From Vicugna vicugna (taxonomy: Eukaryota): a stretch of DNA of 64,000 bases. The notes below the pieces were generated by a model. It ran no database searches, had not been told where the DNA came from, and saw only the letters and a program-made list of their open reading frames with translations. The stretch covers positions 1,504,057-1,568,056 of the forward strand of contig MU057930.1 in the NCBI GenBank assembly GCA_013265495.1. The letters are read 5' to 3'. This document shows, in pieces, positions 1 to 12,436 of this stretch. Numbering within the stretch: position 1 is the first letter of the stretch; each line of letters opens with the position of its first letter. The translations under genes and the position numbers were made by a program.

Positions 1-23
1 TTGTGTGTGTGTGTGTGTGTGTG
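1..23. repeat. (TG)n microsatellite
   Basis: Direct TG run at the window start. Confidence 0.95.
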
Positions 24-243
24 TATTTTGTCTTCTTTATTCATTCATCCACCGACAGACACTTAGATTGCTTCCATGTCTTGGCAATTGTAAACAATGC
101 TGCAATGAACATGGGGGCGTAGACGGGTTTTCGAGACACTGATTTCATTTTTTTCAGATAACTACCCAGAGGAAGGATTGTTGGATCATACGTTAATTCT
201 ATTTTTAACCTTTTGAGGAACCTCCACGCTGTTTTCCATAGTG
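24..243 (-). mobile_element. LINE-1 fragment (ORF2 3' end region), antisense
   Basis: Typical antisense L1 text: gcttccatgtcttggcaattgtaaacaatgctgcaatgaacatggg ... gaggaacctccacgctgttttccatagtg. Confidence 0.85.
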
Positions 244-304
244 AAATAGCTCATTTTAATTGATGTGTTATCTTGTAACCAACAGTCGAATCAGAGATTG
301 ACGT

Positions 305-430
305 GCATGAATTCACTGAATCCTCATACGGTTCTGTGATAAGACACCGTGATCCCCATTGCATAGACAAGAAATTCAAGGGCCAGACAGATGGGTGACT
401 AGCTCTCTTAAACGTCACGATCCAGAGTCT
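305..430. mobile_element. MIR SINE fragment
   Basis: Degenerate MIR core: tgaatcctcatac...atccccattgcatagacaagaaattcaagg...agatgggtgact. Confidence 0.55.
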
Positions 431-559
431 CTCCCCTTGAGATCCCTGGGTTTAACCTCTGCAGCACACTTTCAAAAAGAAACAGAAAACAAAGAGTCCT
501 ATGCTGAGTGAAAAAGCTCTACCTCCAATGTTAACAGCCTTGCATGGCTCCCTTAAACG

Positions 560-1410
560 ACATTCTTGAAATAAACTTATCAAGATGAAGAAGAGGTGAG
601 TGGTTGCCAGAGGCGGTGGATAGTGACGGAATGAAAACATAAAAGGGTAGCGACCAGGGAGATCTTTGTAGTGAGGGAGTAGCTCTGTTATCTTTTTAAA
701 CGTTGAAGTAGAGTTGATTTATAATACTGCATTATTTTAAGGTGCACAGCATAGTGATTCAGATATATATATTCTTTTTCATTATAGGTTATTATAAGAT
801 ATCAAACATAGTTCCCTGTGCAATACAGTAGGACCTTGTTGTTTATCTATTTTATATATAGTTGTTTGTATCTGCTAATCCCAAACTTCTAGTTTATCCC
901 TCCTCACCCCCCTTCCCCATTGGTAACCATAAGTGATACCATATAACATTTGTCTTTCTCTGTCTGACTGACTTCACTTATTATGATCATCTCTAGGTCC
1001 ATCCATGTTGCTTCAAATGGCAAAATTTCCTCCTTTTTTCTGGCTGAGTAGTATTCCACTGTATAAATATATTACATCTTTTTTATTCACTCATCTGTTG
1101 ATGGGCAAGGAGTTTTACATGTTGACGGTGCTGGAAGTTATACAAAGTTATGCACATGATAAAAGTACACAGCATCACACACGTACACAGATGTGCACAC
1201 ACCCCTACGTGCATATAAAACTGAGAAAAACAAAATGAGCTTTGTGGATCGTGTCAATGTCCATTTGCTGGTTGGGATGCTGTACTATGGTGGGTAAGAC
1301 ATCAACTTCGGGAGAGAAAAACCAAAAGCGACTTTCAACCTCCATGAGCTTTGTTTTTCTTTTTTTGCAACTTGCTGTGAATCCGTAATTTTTCAAAATG
1401 AAAAAAAAAA
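560..1410 (+). mobile_element. Old L1 (L1MC/ME-like) 3'UTR, interrupted by a younger antisense L1
   Basis: gagtggttgccagagg at ~598; the 3' end ttttgcaacttgctgtgaatccgtaatttttcaaaat is followed by an A-tail at ~1400. Confidence 0.6.
692..1106 (-). mobile_element. L1 3' end (artiodactyl-type 3'UTR), antisense, nested
   Basis: ttgaagtagagttgattt...atagttccctgtgcaatacagtagg...gactgacttcactta...ggctgagtagtattcc; reverse complement matches the L1 3' ends at 44.5-45.5 kb and 56.1-56.7 kb. Confidence 0.85.
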
Positions 1411-2073
1411 ATTTTTAAGACTTTACAAATTTTGGCTCACATCAACCCTGCAAGGTCCCTGATGGCTCTTAAGCCAAACGGACTAAGAAGAGGGAGGAAA
1501 TGTGACAGTTAATCTTATCACTTATGGATGAAAATAACTCAGTCTTTTATTTGCGTAGTAATACATTGCTGTTGGAAATTAAACATAGTAATGAAAGATT
1601 CCTATCCTCATAAAGTCAAGAGTCAATATGTGAGTGCAAAACATTCGGAATATTAAATTTACTAGCCATGGAAGATGTCAATTTTCTGCAACAGATACAG
1701 TTTATTGTTAAGTAATTCAGAACAAAACAGTCACATCACTCTATATTGGCACTGCGTACAGAAGTCCCTGGGTATCTGTTGAAGATGGGTTCCAGGAACT
1801 GCTGCGGATATCAAAATTCACGGATGCTCAAAAGTCCCATAGTCGGCCCTTTGCATCCACATCCACGGAGTCAACCAGCAGCAGGCCGTGTAACACTGTA
1901 CCACAGATAAGATTAACTGCCATAATTCTTCCCCAATCTTAGTCCCTTTGGCTTAAAAGCCATCAGGGACCTTACACGGTTGATTTGAGGCAAATTTTGT
2001 AGAGTCTTAAAAAAAATTTTTTTTGTCATTTTGAAAAATTATGGATGCATAGGAAGTTGCAAAAAAAAAAAAT
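1355..2073. repeat. Inverted duplication, arms ~1355-1519 and ~1906-2073
   Basis: Reverse complement of the right arm (…gcaacttcctatgcatccataatttttcaaaatg…taagactctacaaaatttgcctcaaatcaaccgtgtaaggtccctgatggcttttaagccaaagggactaaga…cagttaatcttatc) aligns colinearly with the left arm. Confidence 0.93.
1758..1902 (+). mobile_element. MER2-like (TcMar-Tigger) non-autonomous DNA transposon, 3'-truncated
   Basis: cagaagtccctgggtatctg...ggttccaggaac...gcggatatcaaaattcacggatgctcaa; homologous to the longer copy at 48870-49092. Confidence 0.7.
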
Positions 2074-2126
2074 CCTTGAATAAGTGTACCCGTGCAGTTT
2101 AAACTCATGTCATTCAAGGTGCAACT

Positions 2127-2607
2127 GTATTTCTTTCCCTGTTGCTGCTGTTATCAAACATCGCCCCCAGCTTGGCGGCTGAAAGCAACTCAGGTTCATT
2201 ACTTACGTTCCAAGAACGCAAGTCAAACATGGGTCCACAGGGCTGTGTTCCTTCTGGGAGCTCTGTGGGAGAGTCTGTTTCCAGCTTACAGAGAACACCT
2301 GCCTCCTTTGTCTTCTGGCTTCTTTATCCATTTTCAAAGCTAGCAGCATTGTATTTAAATCTCACTTTTTGGCTATTTTTGTAAACCTCACATCTTCTCT
2401 AGGACTGGAGCGTCCTGTTTCACTCTTGTAAGGGCCACTGTGATGGCCTTAGGCCCCCCTGGATCTCCCAGTATCACCTCCCATCTCTGGATCCTGAATG
2501 TAATTACACCTGCCAAGTCCCTTTGTCCACGTAAGATAATGTTTTCATAAGTTTGAGACATTAGGGCCTGGGCATATTTGGGGGGAGGGGCATAACTCAG
2601 CTCACTG
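2127..2607 (-). mobile_element. MLT1-type (ERVL-MaLR) solo LTR
   Basis: tgtatttctttccctgttgctgctgtta...cagggctgtgttccttctgg...taattacacctgccaagtccctt...ggcataactcagc; canonical MaLR LTR motifs. Confidence 0.8.
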
Positions 2608-3539
2608 GAGTACAGTCAGATAAGATAGTACCAGAAAGAGTGAACTTGATGTCACCTTGAGTAACAAAAATTATGGATAAGCACGCCAGGGAAGGATGCT
2701 GGCCATCGCCGTGTACTTAGAGCTATAATGACAGGGGTGGGTAGAAATCTCAATTTTCTCCTGCTCTACAGCTTTCAAAATACACCTGTATCATTCAGCA
2801 CTGATATAATTTAACCTCCAGAGAAAAAGGGGACTATCAAGCGTCTAATACAGAAAATGGAGCAATGAAATGTGGTCCCTTCTTACAGAGCATCCTCGAC
2901 TTGACTTGGAAATGGCTTTCCCGGGGCAACTGTATGAAAGTTTATCGGTGCACAGCTTGCCAGCTCGAGGCAGAGCCCCAGGTGTTGAAGCTGACGCTTC
3001 CGTGTTAACAGCCTTTCAGGTAAACTTCTGGGCGTATGACGCTGTGTTTTCACGGAGCATGGAGTGACTCAGAAGACATCAGCTGTTTTCTTTTCTTTTT
3101 TTTTTTTTGTAATGACTAAATAAAATGTGGCATTTATTCCAATTCAATATATTGTAAAGCTCCCCCATCCTGGCAGTTTCCATGCTCAAAAATCGCCTAT
3201 CCCAGCCTGAGAGGCAGACATCCAAACACATCACCATAATTCAGTGTGAAGACTGAGGCAGGTATAATAAATGACAGACATACAGCCAGGCAGAGTAAAT
3301 ATTCAGCGCTGGCAGACCTCACGAGCCACCCTCTCATGCTGAAGAATTATAACCCATTCACCGTCACTGAGTTGAGATTGATTTAGTTGACTATTGACTC
3401 CCACCAACACACAGGCACATTTTTTTTTCTGTGACTTTGGCTTTGTATTGTCTTTTATTTTACCTATTTTTTTTTTCCCGAATAGTCGTGGTGACTGCTC
3501 CTGAGTGTTTGTGATCTGGAGCTGACGTACGCACAGGCT

Positions 3540-3660
3540 AACAGTGCTTCTCAGATGTCACATGTCCACAGATGGCTGTTGAAATGCAAATTCTGATTCG
3601 ACAGGTCTGGGGTGGCATCTCTTTCTACCGTGCTCCTGAGTGACATCCAAATGGCTGCTA
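3540..3660. mobile_element. MER5-like hAT-Charlie fragment
   Basis: cagtgcttctcag...tgaaatgcaaattctgattcgacaggtctggggtgg. Confidence 0.6.
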
Positions 3661-3884
3661 TGGAGGAGAAGCAGGTGGCTATTCAAACTGGAAAAAGACG
3701 CGTCAAAACTGTGATGCAAGATTTCTCCGTAAGATTTCGTGTAGAGGCGTTCTAGGAAGGAAACGAGTATTCAGACATTCTGACTCTAGAGAGTGGAAAA
3801 CTTAGGATTTTGACAGTCCTCACATGATTGTAATGTGGATGATATGCAACCAATCCACTATGAGACAAAAGGAAAAATCAAATT

Positions 3885-4122
3885 GTCCATCTTGTGCACT
3901 ATCCGTGCATCCATCTAATCATCTATCCATCTCTCCAGTCATCCATCATTCCATCTACCCAACTATCCAATTATTTATCCATCTATTCATTCATCTAATC
4001 ATCTATAAATCTATCCAATCATCTATCCTTCCATCCACCCATACATCCAGTTATTTATCAATCCATCCATCCATCTATCCATCCATCCATCCGATCATCT
4101 ATCTATCCATCCATCCATCCAC
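3885..4122. repeat. Degenerate (ATCC)n/(ATCT)n tetranucleotide array
   Basis: Directly visible; explains the H/P/S/I-rich ORF 3824-4153. Confidence 0.95.
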
Positions 4123-5589
4123 ACATCAATATACACACAAGAGGAAGCAATAGCCCATAAATTATATTCTAAAGAAAAAAAATTAATTTTGTCAAAAAAG
4201 TTTGAGAGAGAAAAAGGGAAGTAAGATTCAATGACAACAAAGGTTTCGTTAGAGGAAAAACTTTGGTACTTACCCCCCCCCCAAAAAAGTACTTTTATTA
4301 CAAGCTGAACAGCCCTTCAAACTCAAAACACACAGGTGCCTCCCCACTCACCATTCCTAAAAGAAAGTTAGAGAAAGTGGGTGGCTACCCAGGACTGATG
4401 CTGATCACCTGTCAGATGGTTAGCCTTGGAGTCTCAACAGGGAAGGGAACTTAGAAATCAAAGTCCACGTGGTTGGTGACCATGCTTCTCCCAAGTGACG
4501 TCTCTGAGTCCCTTGTTCCTAGTCCACACAGAGGTCCCCAGGACTGCAAAATGCATGCACTGAAATCTCAGTGCTATTTCCCTCCCTGCTTGCTAGTAAC
4601 CACCATGCCAAAAAAAAAAAAAAAAGAATTCACGGTTCCACAATTTCCATAATCTCATCTTTTACCTCCGAACATCTTCCCTCTGAATTCCTTTCTGCTT
4701 TCTCTGAGCCTTTTCCACGTTTCACGTGTGTTATCATTTCAGCCTCAGTTAGAAATCTAAACACTCAAGCTGGAAGTTTGTGCCTGTTACACACATAAAT
4801 TTAAAATAATCCAGATGACACAAATGGCCAAAATTCGTTAGCCAGCACTTCCTGGAAAAAAAATAAAACTGATCTTATATAAAACCTGACTTAGCCTTGT
4901 GCTTTGTACAGAAGTGTTTTAAATATAGAAAGCTCTTACAAAATCTAGGCACCATCCATCTAGATGCATCTTTTATTTCACGCAAAATGCACAGTTGTTT
5001 TCCTAAATGCTTTCTGGCAGTTATTATAAACATGAATCATGGGGGCCCTCATCCCAAGCGGGTCTCTCGGATGGAACCACAGGTGCCAAATCCCAGGTGA
5101 GCAATCATCTCTGTTGCAAACCGATGTTCCCACCTGAAAATGCTGCAGCATATTTTTTAGACATTTATTTAAAACTCAACATTATCACTTCACGTGAGCC
5201 CCAGGGTTGTCTGAGTCTTCTTGCCATGTATATTTAAGTGTTAGCTCCAACAGTGATCTTTGGTTACCAGTGTTATTTCTAAAGATTTTTTTTTAATTAA
5301 TTGAGGAAAAGATTTGACTAGGATCTACCTTTGACACTCAAAAATACCCTACCAAATATCAAAGAAGAAAAAAAAAATCATACATACATTAGAAAATGAA
5401 AAAGTACCCAAAAGAGGTTTGACATTTTCCTTGCTCCAAAATACTGGAATACCTCTTATGTGTTTTCTAATAATAAGTAATGAATCATTTCCTTACCATT
5501 CTTGGAACAGCCAATGTCCTCTGGGTACGTAAGAGTTTTAAAGATTAAAGCATGACTTGCAAACATAAGAGGATGTTTAAACACAGCTT

Positions 5590-5912
5590 AATTTTTTTAA
5601 AACATTTTTTATTGATTTATAATCATTTTACAATGTTGTGTCAAATTCCAGTGTTGAGCACAATTTTTCATTTAAACATGAACATGCATATATTCATTGT
5701 CACATTTTTTTTTTTGCTGTGAGCTACCACAAGATCTTATATATATTTCCCTGTGCTATACAGTATAATCTTGTTTATCTATTCTACAATATTGAAATTC
5801 CAGTCTGTCTCTTCCCACCTCCCGCCCCCTTGGCAACCCCGTCTGTATTCTATGTCTATGAGTCTATTTCTGTTCTGTATTTATGCTTTGTTTGTTTGTT
5901 TGTTTGTTTAGA
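5590..5912 (-). mobile_element. Young lineage-specific L1 3' end, antisense
   Basis: cattttacaatgttgtgtcaaattcc...gctgtgagctaccacaagatctt...tatgtctatgagtctatttctg is the reverse complement of 24040-24310. Confidence 0.9.
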
Positions 5913-7429
5913 TAATGAAAAGGTTAATGCGTGGCTTCCCAGTATTATTTAAATTGTCCTTTATTCATCCATGTCTACATGCTAAATAAATCAGTATGTT
6001 CTCAACTCGTAAACTTTTTTTCTTTTTTTTGTCCTTCACACAGATAAATTTTAGTATATGTTGACCTGAGTAACATGAACACATAAGACAAAGCTGACCC
6101 ATATTTTTGGCGTAATATCGGATGTTCAAAACCCGAATGGTTTGTTTAGTTGGTTCCCATGACTTTTCTGTTTTTGATGCAGACAATAACGTTCACGCGC
6201 AGAAGAACTGTTTCTCCCAAACTGTCCATGTCCTCTGCCTTCCTGGGAAATGTTTGCATTGATTCTACCTATGAACATTTTTATCCGATGGGATATTATA
6301 AATTTAGAAACATGCCTCTGTTGTATGTTTAATGTACAATGTAACATATTTTTATCATATATATAATACATTGTAAATATGTTTTCAAATTCTTACGGGG
6401 CATTGCACTTGGGGGGGTCTTGATTTCGATATTATAAAGAGAGCCTTGTTAACATCTTTGCCCTGCGGCTATGAGTTCATGGTCCTTCTTCCTACAAGTG
6501 TTTTCCAAGACCGATGACTGTGTATTAAAACCTCCTCAGAACAGAAAAATAGATCAAGAGAAAACAGAATTTTCTGGGTGTTTTTTTGTTTGTGTGTTTG
6601 CGTTACCCAGATGAACTGATTTATTTTCACTTTGCTCACATTGATCTGTTTTTGGTTAAAGTAAACATTATTTCAGAGTTATCAGGGGACAGTCTCTTTT
6701 ATTAAAAAATACTCATTCGCCCTGTATGCACTGTTTCTTTTAAGTAGAGATTTTTAATCCAATTTTATGCTGTTCTCGCTGGTGTTGCTAGCCTATTATT
6801 ACCCAGCAGTTTTGTGATCCGTTTTTGCCTTAATCATCTTACAAAAGTTCTTTCATCTGTAACACTGAAATAATGAAAGAATATGCAATGTTACAGATCT
6901 TCCTGATATCCTTTTAAATAGGAATTTTTACCTTTTGAAAAAGGAACCCAAAACAGGAATAATACTAAAGTTTTTTTTTTTCCCCAGAACAACACATTTA
7001 CCTATTTTCTAGTGTTAGCAGAAAGCCAATTTGCATCTCAAATAGCACAAATATGTACTTAAATTTCTCTGGAGAACCTCTCTCTATTGTCGTTTCAATT
7101 TCATTAGATAGCCAGATAGCACTGATTTTTATGAATCTGTATATCGAAGCGTTCTACCGTACAACAGAAGAGAATGTTTCAAGTATGTGTAACCCTGAAA
7201 TGCTGGAAATGGTGGAGGAAAAAAAAAGGCATTATGTTTTAAAGTGAAATCCCTTGCTTTGAACTCAGTAACACAACATTTCAGTGACACCTATGACTAA
7301 GCCACTCGTATTTTACCACACTGACATCCCCTCCTGTTTCAAAACTAAGGATTTCAAACCGATCCCGATTTAGAGGGTTGTTCAAGGGTGCGCTTTGGAT
7401 TTAGCTGTGAGCGCTTGAAACGGTGGACC

Positions 7430-8240
7430 GTTCAAAGGTTTCTCAAACTGTAGACGTCTTTCCGTCTACACTCTGTCATACCCTACATCCAGTCTCATAG
7501 GTGGATCCTTTGGGTCAAACCTTTGAAATACATGGAGAATCAGATCCCACTTTGGACCACACTCAACAGCCGCCTCCTGAAGGCTGAGCTGCCATTTTCT
7601 TCCCCAAGAATCTCTGCATCCTTGTCTCCGCCACTTGGGTGCAGCTCTAAGACATTTGCCAACACAGTCAAGTGGATGATAACTGCCTTGCTCAGTAGAG
7701 CAGCTCCCCAATGTAGTCAGTGTAACAGACGTGAACATCTGTCGTCCCCTCCCACCCACCATGTCACACCGAGTCCTCCTCATCGTGGCCTCCTCTTGCC
7801 CTCCCTTCCTTCCACCCAGAGGCACCTGGGAGCCACCTGCTCACTCCTGCCTTGGGGTCTCCACACTGGTTGTTCCCCAGATCTGGGTAGCTCCATCGCT
7901 CACCTCTTCCAGATCTTTCTTCACGTACTGTGAGGTCCACGATGCCTTCCCTTCCTCCTTTAGACCTTAAGTGAAAACCACAGCCCACACCCGCCACGTC
8001 CCCCACCCAGCCCCGCCTGGTCTACACCGCCAGCTTCTGTAATAACACGCACTCTTCTGTTCCAGTCTTCTGAAGCCATGGTTTTTTTCCCCACTATATT
8101 TTTTGTTGTCCCTTTTACTAAAATATAAGACCCTCAAGGGTCAGAATTTTTGTTTTGTTCATCACCAAAGTATCCTCAGCACGCTGCCTGGGACATTTCT
8201 TGAACAGAAAACAGACTTTGAATAAGTAATTAAATGAAAA
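7430..8240. mobile_element. L2 LINE fragment(s), 3' region
   Basis: Pyrimidine-rich L2-like text ending ttttgttttgttcatcacc...tatcctcagcac...tgcctgggaca...ttgaataagtaattaaatgaa. Confidence 0.6.
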
Positions 8241-8719
8241 CATGGACACGTGGACACAAGTTCTAGAATTTCCCTTCAGCTTGACTCAGTACCGTGTAGT
8301 ACTCGGAACAGTTAAAGATCTTTCTTCACGTACTGTGAGGTCCACGATGCCTTCCCTTCCTCCTTTAGACCTTAAGTGAAAACCACAGCCCACACCCGCC
8401 ATGTCCACCACCCAGCCCCGCCTGGTCTACACCGCCAGGTTCTGTAATAGCACGCGCTCTTCTGTTCCAGTCTTCTGAAGCCATGGTTTTTTTCCCCACT
8501 ATATTCTTTGTTGTCCCTTTTACTAAAATATAAGACCCTCAAGGGTCAGAATTTTTGTTTTGTTCATCACCAAAGTATCCTCAGCACGCTGCTTGGGACA
8601 TTTCTTGACCAGAAAACAGACTTTGAATAAGTAATTAAATGAAAACATGGACACGTGGACACAAGTTCTAGAATTTCCCTTCAGCTTGACTCAGTACCGT
8701 GTAGTACTCGGAACAGTTA
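7911..8719 (+). repeat. Tandem duplication, 2 x 404 bp (7911-8314, 8316-8719)
   Basis: Both copies run agatctttcttcacgtactg...gtactcggaacagtta; 8 substitutions counted by eye; one extra A at the junction. Confidence 0.97.
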
Positions 8720-11700
8720 TCTGCGAAGGTTTTTGTTGTTGTTTGTTTGTTTTGGCATGTCATCTGAAGACTAAAATAGTTATTGCCATGAATGACATCC
8801 CTTGGCACCATTTTCTTTTTTCCTCCCCCTTGTTCAGTTTTATCAGGCAGAATTGTTACAGTCTGACTGCTCATGTACATGATGTTGCAGGTCAATACGT
8901 GTGCACAACATACTGCACTTTTTTTTAGTTTACATAGAGGTACTGTTCATTGTTTCTAAGAACAGATTAGAGCCTTAGCTTTATGAACTTACATATTTGT
9001 CAATGGAATAAAGCCAACCACAAAGTAAGAATCAACAGAATGCAGTCATCCAATCCTAAAGGACAGTCAAATGCGTCTGCATAAGTGTCTATTCTTATGG
9101 GAGAGTCTGGGGCAATTACTCCATAAGACCGTTTCTAGGGTGGGTCAAGTGACTGAGTGAGATGAATGCATTTTATGAAAGCAACATATTGCTGCAAATA
9201 TGGAAGCCCACCAGGAGTTAGGGAAAGGCATCAAACCAAACACTGAAATAACACTCCAAACTGAGTGTTCATTTGAAAGTATCTTTAAAAAAGTCTGCCC
9301 AAAATAATTTTTGTAAGTTAAATGTAGATGGAAAAAAAAAAACAGTTTTGTGTTTCAGGAAAGATGCGATAAAAACCATCAGGCTTACTCACACCTTGAC
9401 TATTGAGCAGCTACTTCATAGCTGTGTCCCAGGCATAGTGAATTTAAACAGGTATGCCTCCCTGTGCATTTCTCTTAAACATCCTTGACGTGGAACACCA
9501 CCACACCAGGAGCTCAGAAACACTTCTCTGTCTTTGCTGCCCAAGTATTTGCAGCCTTTAATTTGATACTGTTTGCAGAGCACAGAGGCACCAACAAAGC
9601 GGAAGGAAAAATGACACACAATGTAGCACTTGTTTGCTGAAACTATCTCAGTGCAGCAAGTGCACGAAGATTTGGAGGAAGGGAACAACTTCTCTGAGAT
9701 TGTTCCTTCGTTATTATTGTTTTGTTCTCTCCCTCTCTCTCTGCTGAGGTAGTTCTATGTTTCCAGTTTCAGTTAGTACTGGAATTCACTATACCTCAGG
9801 CATATCTTGTATATTCAGGGGTCAGAATTTAAACCATCTGGACATAAGATGGTGTGGAGGAGTGTGAGGATACAAATGCAGTATCATTGGAATATAAGGC
9901 AACGCTGGTAACATCTTCTTTTATAATTTTTATAATTTTTTATAACTCAAAAATGAGTTTGTTATTTATTTTAGGTAAATGCTCAGACCATTAACTCTCT
10001 TACAATACATGTGTGAACAATATTATCTGTAAAGAAATTAACAGCACAAACTACCTCTCTTACAACAAATTCATGTATCCCCTTTATGTTATGGACCCTA
10101 GGATGCTAATTTCCATTGGTGTCACTAAGTTAAAATAATAATCAAGATTACAAAGAGAGGTCAATACAGACTGGATGGATGGTTGTGAAATCAACTATAG
10201 AAAACTCTGAATGTTAACAGGAATAAATCAGAAATATATAATAGTGGCACAAAAAATGAGTAACGGATGCAGAGACAAAGTTTTAAAGTGGGGACTATTT
10301 AAAGAAAAAAGATAATTATTTGAATTGGAGCAAAATTACACTAGATAAAGGTGATATTAGAAACTTAAAATGCTATGCTTTCAGTTGATTTTGGAGGTTT
10401 GGTATAATTAGGACAATTACTTATAATTTAGTCTTTATCATCTATTTTATGCTTTAATATATCTGTATATTATTCTTTACTAATAATTATACTGGAATAA
10501 AAATACTGTATGATATTATAGAAAATGTGTTGTAATAAAAGGCATTCACCTTTGTCCTTAATTTCTTTTAAAAAAATGCAGATTTACAGTCAGTCATTGA
10601 TTTAATTCTAAGTTGAATAAACCAAAGATAAGATGCATCTTGGAGGCAATAAAAGAAATTCAACTGGGTATTAGATATGAAAGAATTGTTCATAATTATT
10701 TACTTTTGGAAATAAAACTAGAAATTACACATTGTTTAGAAAGGATAGTGAAATATTTTGCTATAGAAAGCCATTTCATCTTTCATTTGACATCTTCTAC
10801 CAAAGAGATGTAAGTAAAGCAAATTCAGCAAAATATTAAAAAATTTTAAATCTAGGGAAAGAGCATTTAGTGCTATCATACACTATGCTCTACATTTCTA
10901 TGCATTTGAATGCTTTGAATTTTTTTTAAGTCAAGAAAAGAAATACTGCAATTAGAAAAAAATTCATCATTTAATGTGCATTTAATAAAATGTGCAATCT
11001 TTTGTTTATTCATTTTTAACTTTAAGTAAAACATATCTTGTCTAAAATGTGTAGTAATGGTTCAAGACCCTTGGCCAAATCAAAAGAATTGGTCGTCCTG
11101 CTCAAATGGCCTTGTTGACTTATCTTCATGGGAGAGAAAACAATCAGACAAGGGCATTGATGCTTGCCCCGGCACAGCTAAGCCTCCGACGCGAACTTCT
11201 GGAGTTGCATTTTCAGGGGTCGGTGCCAATGGGGAAGTGAAGGCACAGACTAACACAACACTGATTCTAGTGAATTTGTCCTTTTACTCTCTAATGAGCA
11301 CATTAGGGGTGACAAGGAGAACGTCTTCACTCACTGAGAAGCCAAACCATGAATCCATTCCAGAGGGAAGCATTTTGGTTTAGTGTAGATTCATTACTTT
11401 GTCCATTACATGTTCCAAAAAAAATCAGATAGCCCAAAAATATGTTTATGTTTGAAAAATACACTGGTTGGATAACATATGCTCTTGAATTTCTAATACA
11501 ATAAATAGTCAATAGCAGACCCAGAACGTGGCTTACTAGGTAGATAAGGAAACAGGCATTTTCTATCTGATTTTGTGTCATATAGACATTAAATGTGGTT
11601 GAAATTCAACAAAGCCAACGACTAGAAAGCATTCTTACTTTTTAAATTATGCCATCAGATTATTTTCAGCTTTGTGATTAATGTCTTTACAGGAAAAAAA

Positions 11701-12436
11701 ATCAGAAGTGTTCAAAGCATATAATCATACACTTAATAGAAGAAATAATTATCACATACAGAATCATTGATTTTTTTCCTCATTGGGTGTCTACAGATAG
11801 TTTCTATTTATTCAAAGTATAATGACAAATTTACAAGACTCAATTGCACCATGATATAGAGGTGCTGACTATAAATAAGAAAATACAATAATTTTCTTAG
11901 TCTTGAGAAACTGGGATCTTACCATGAAATGTTATTCAGTGAAGTTTTTGTGAAGCCAAGAATTCCCTTAGGTGAAATGCTGTTTTTAGTGTTGAAAAAC
12001 CACAGGTGTCTGACATAAAACAGGCGTGATTTTGACAAACGCAGTTCATTTTGAAATACTGTCAGGTAGTATAACTTCTGGAAATGTTAAAAAAAAAGCA
12101 GAATAACTTTTGAAGTAGATACAGAGAGCACAGGCATCTATTTCTATGACCTTTTAAATACAGCAAAGATAGTAACATTTGTATACTGGCTATTCTGTAT
12201 TGTGGCAACACAGAAGTAGGTACAAATTTAAAGTAGCTGATGTTTGCATATAAAAATAACACAAGACCTGTGACGTCCATTGGTATTGATACTGCTATGT
12301 TATGTTTAAAATAAAACACGGTGCTTTTGCATTTCTGTACAAAAATGATATTCTTATCCAAATTCATTTAGAAGCTGAGGAAGTAGGAACCACAGATAGA
12401 TTTCCAGGTTCAAGAACTATACATTCAGAGTGGAGA

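Noticed and set aside
3824..4153. Low-complexity ORFs here and at 40648-41083 and 57006-57441
   Set aside because: They are translations of tetranucleotide or purine-rich simple repeats.
11057..11383. 108-aa ORF and its antisense frame (...PENATPEVRVGG...DDQFF*) as a terminal exon
   Set aside because: No recognisable protein, a weak acceptor and no linked exons.
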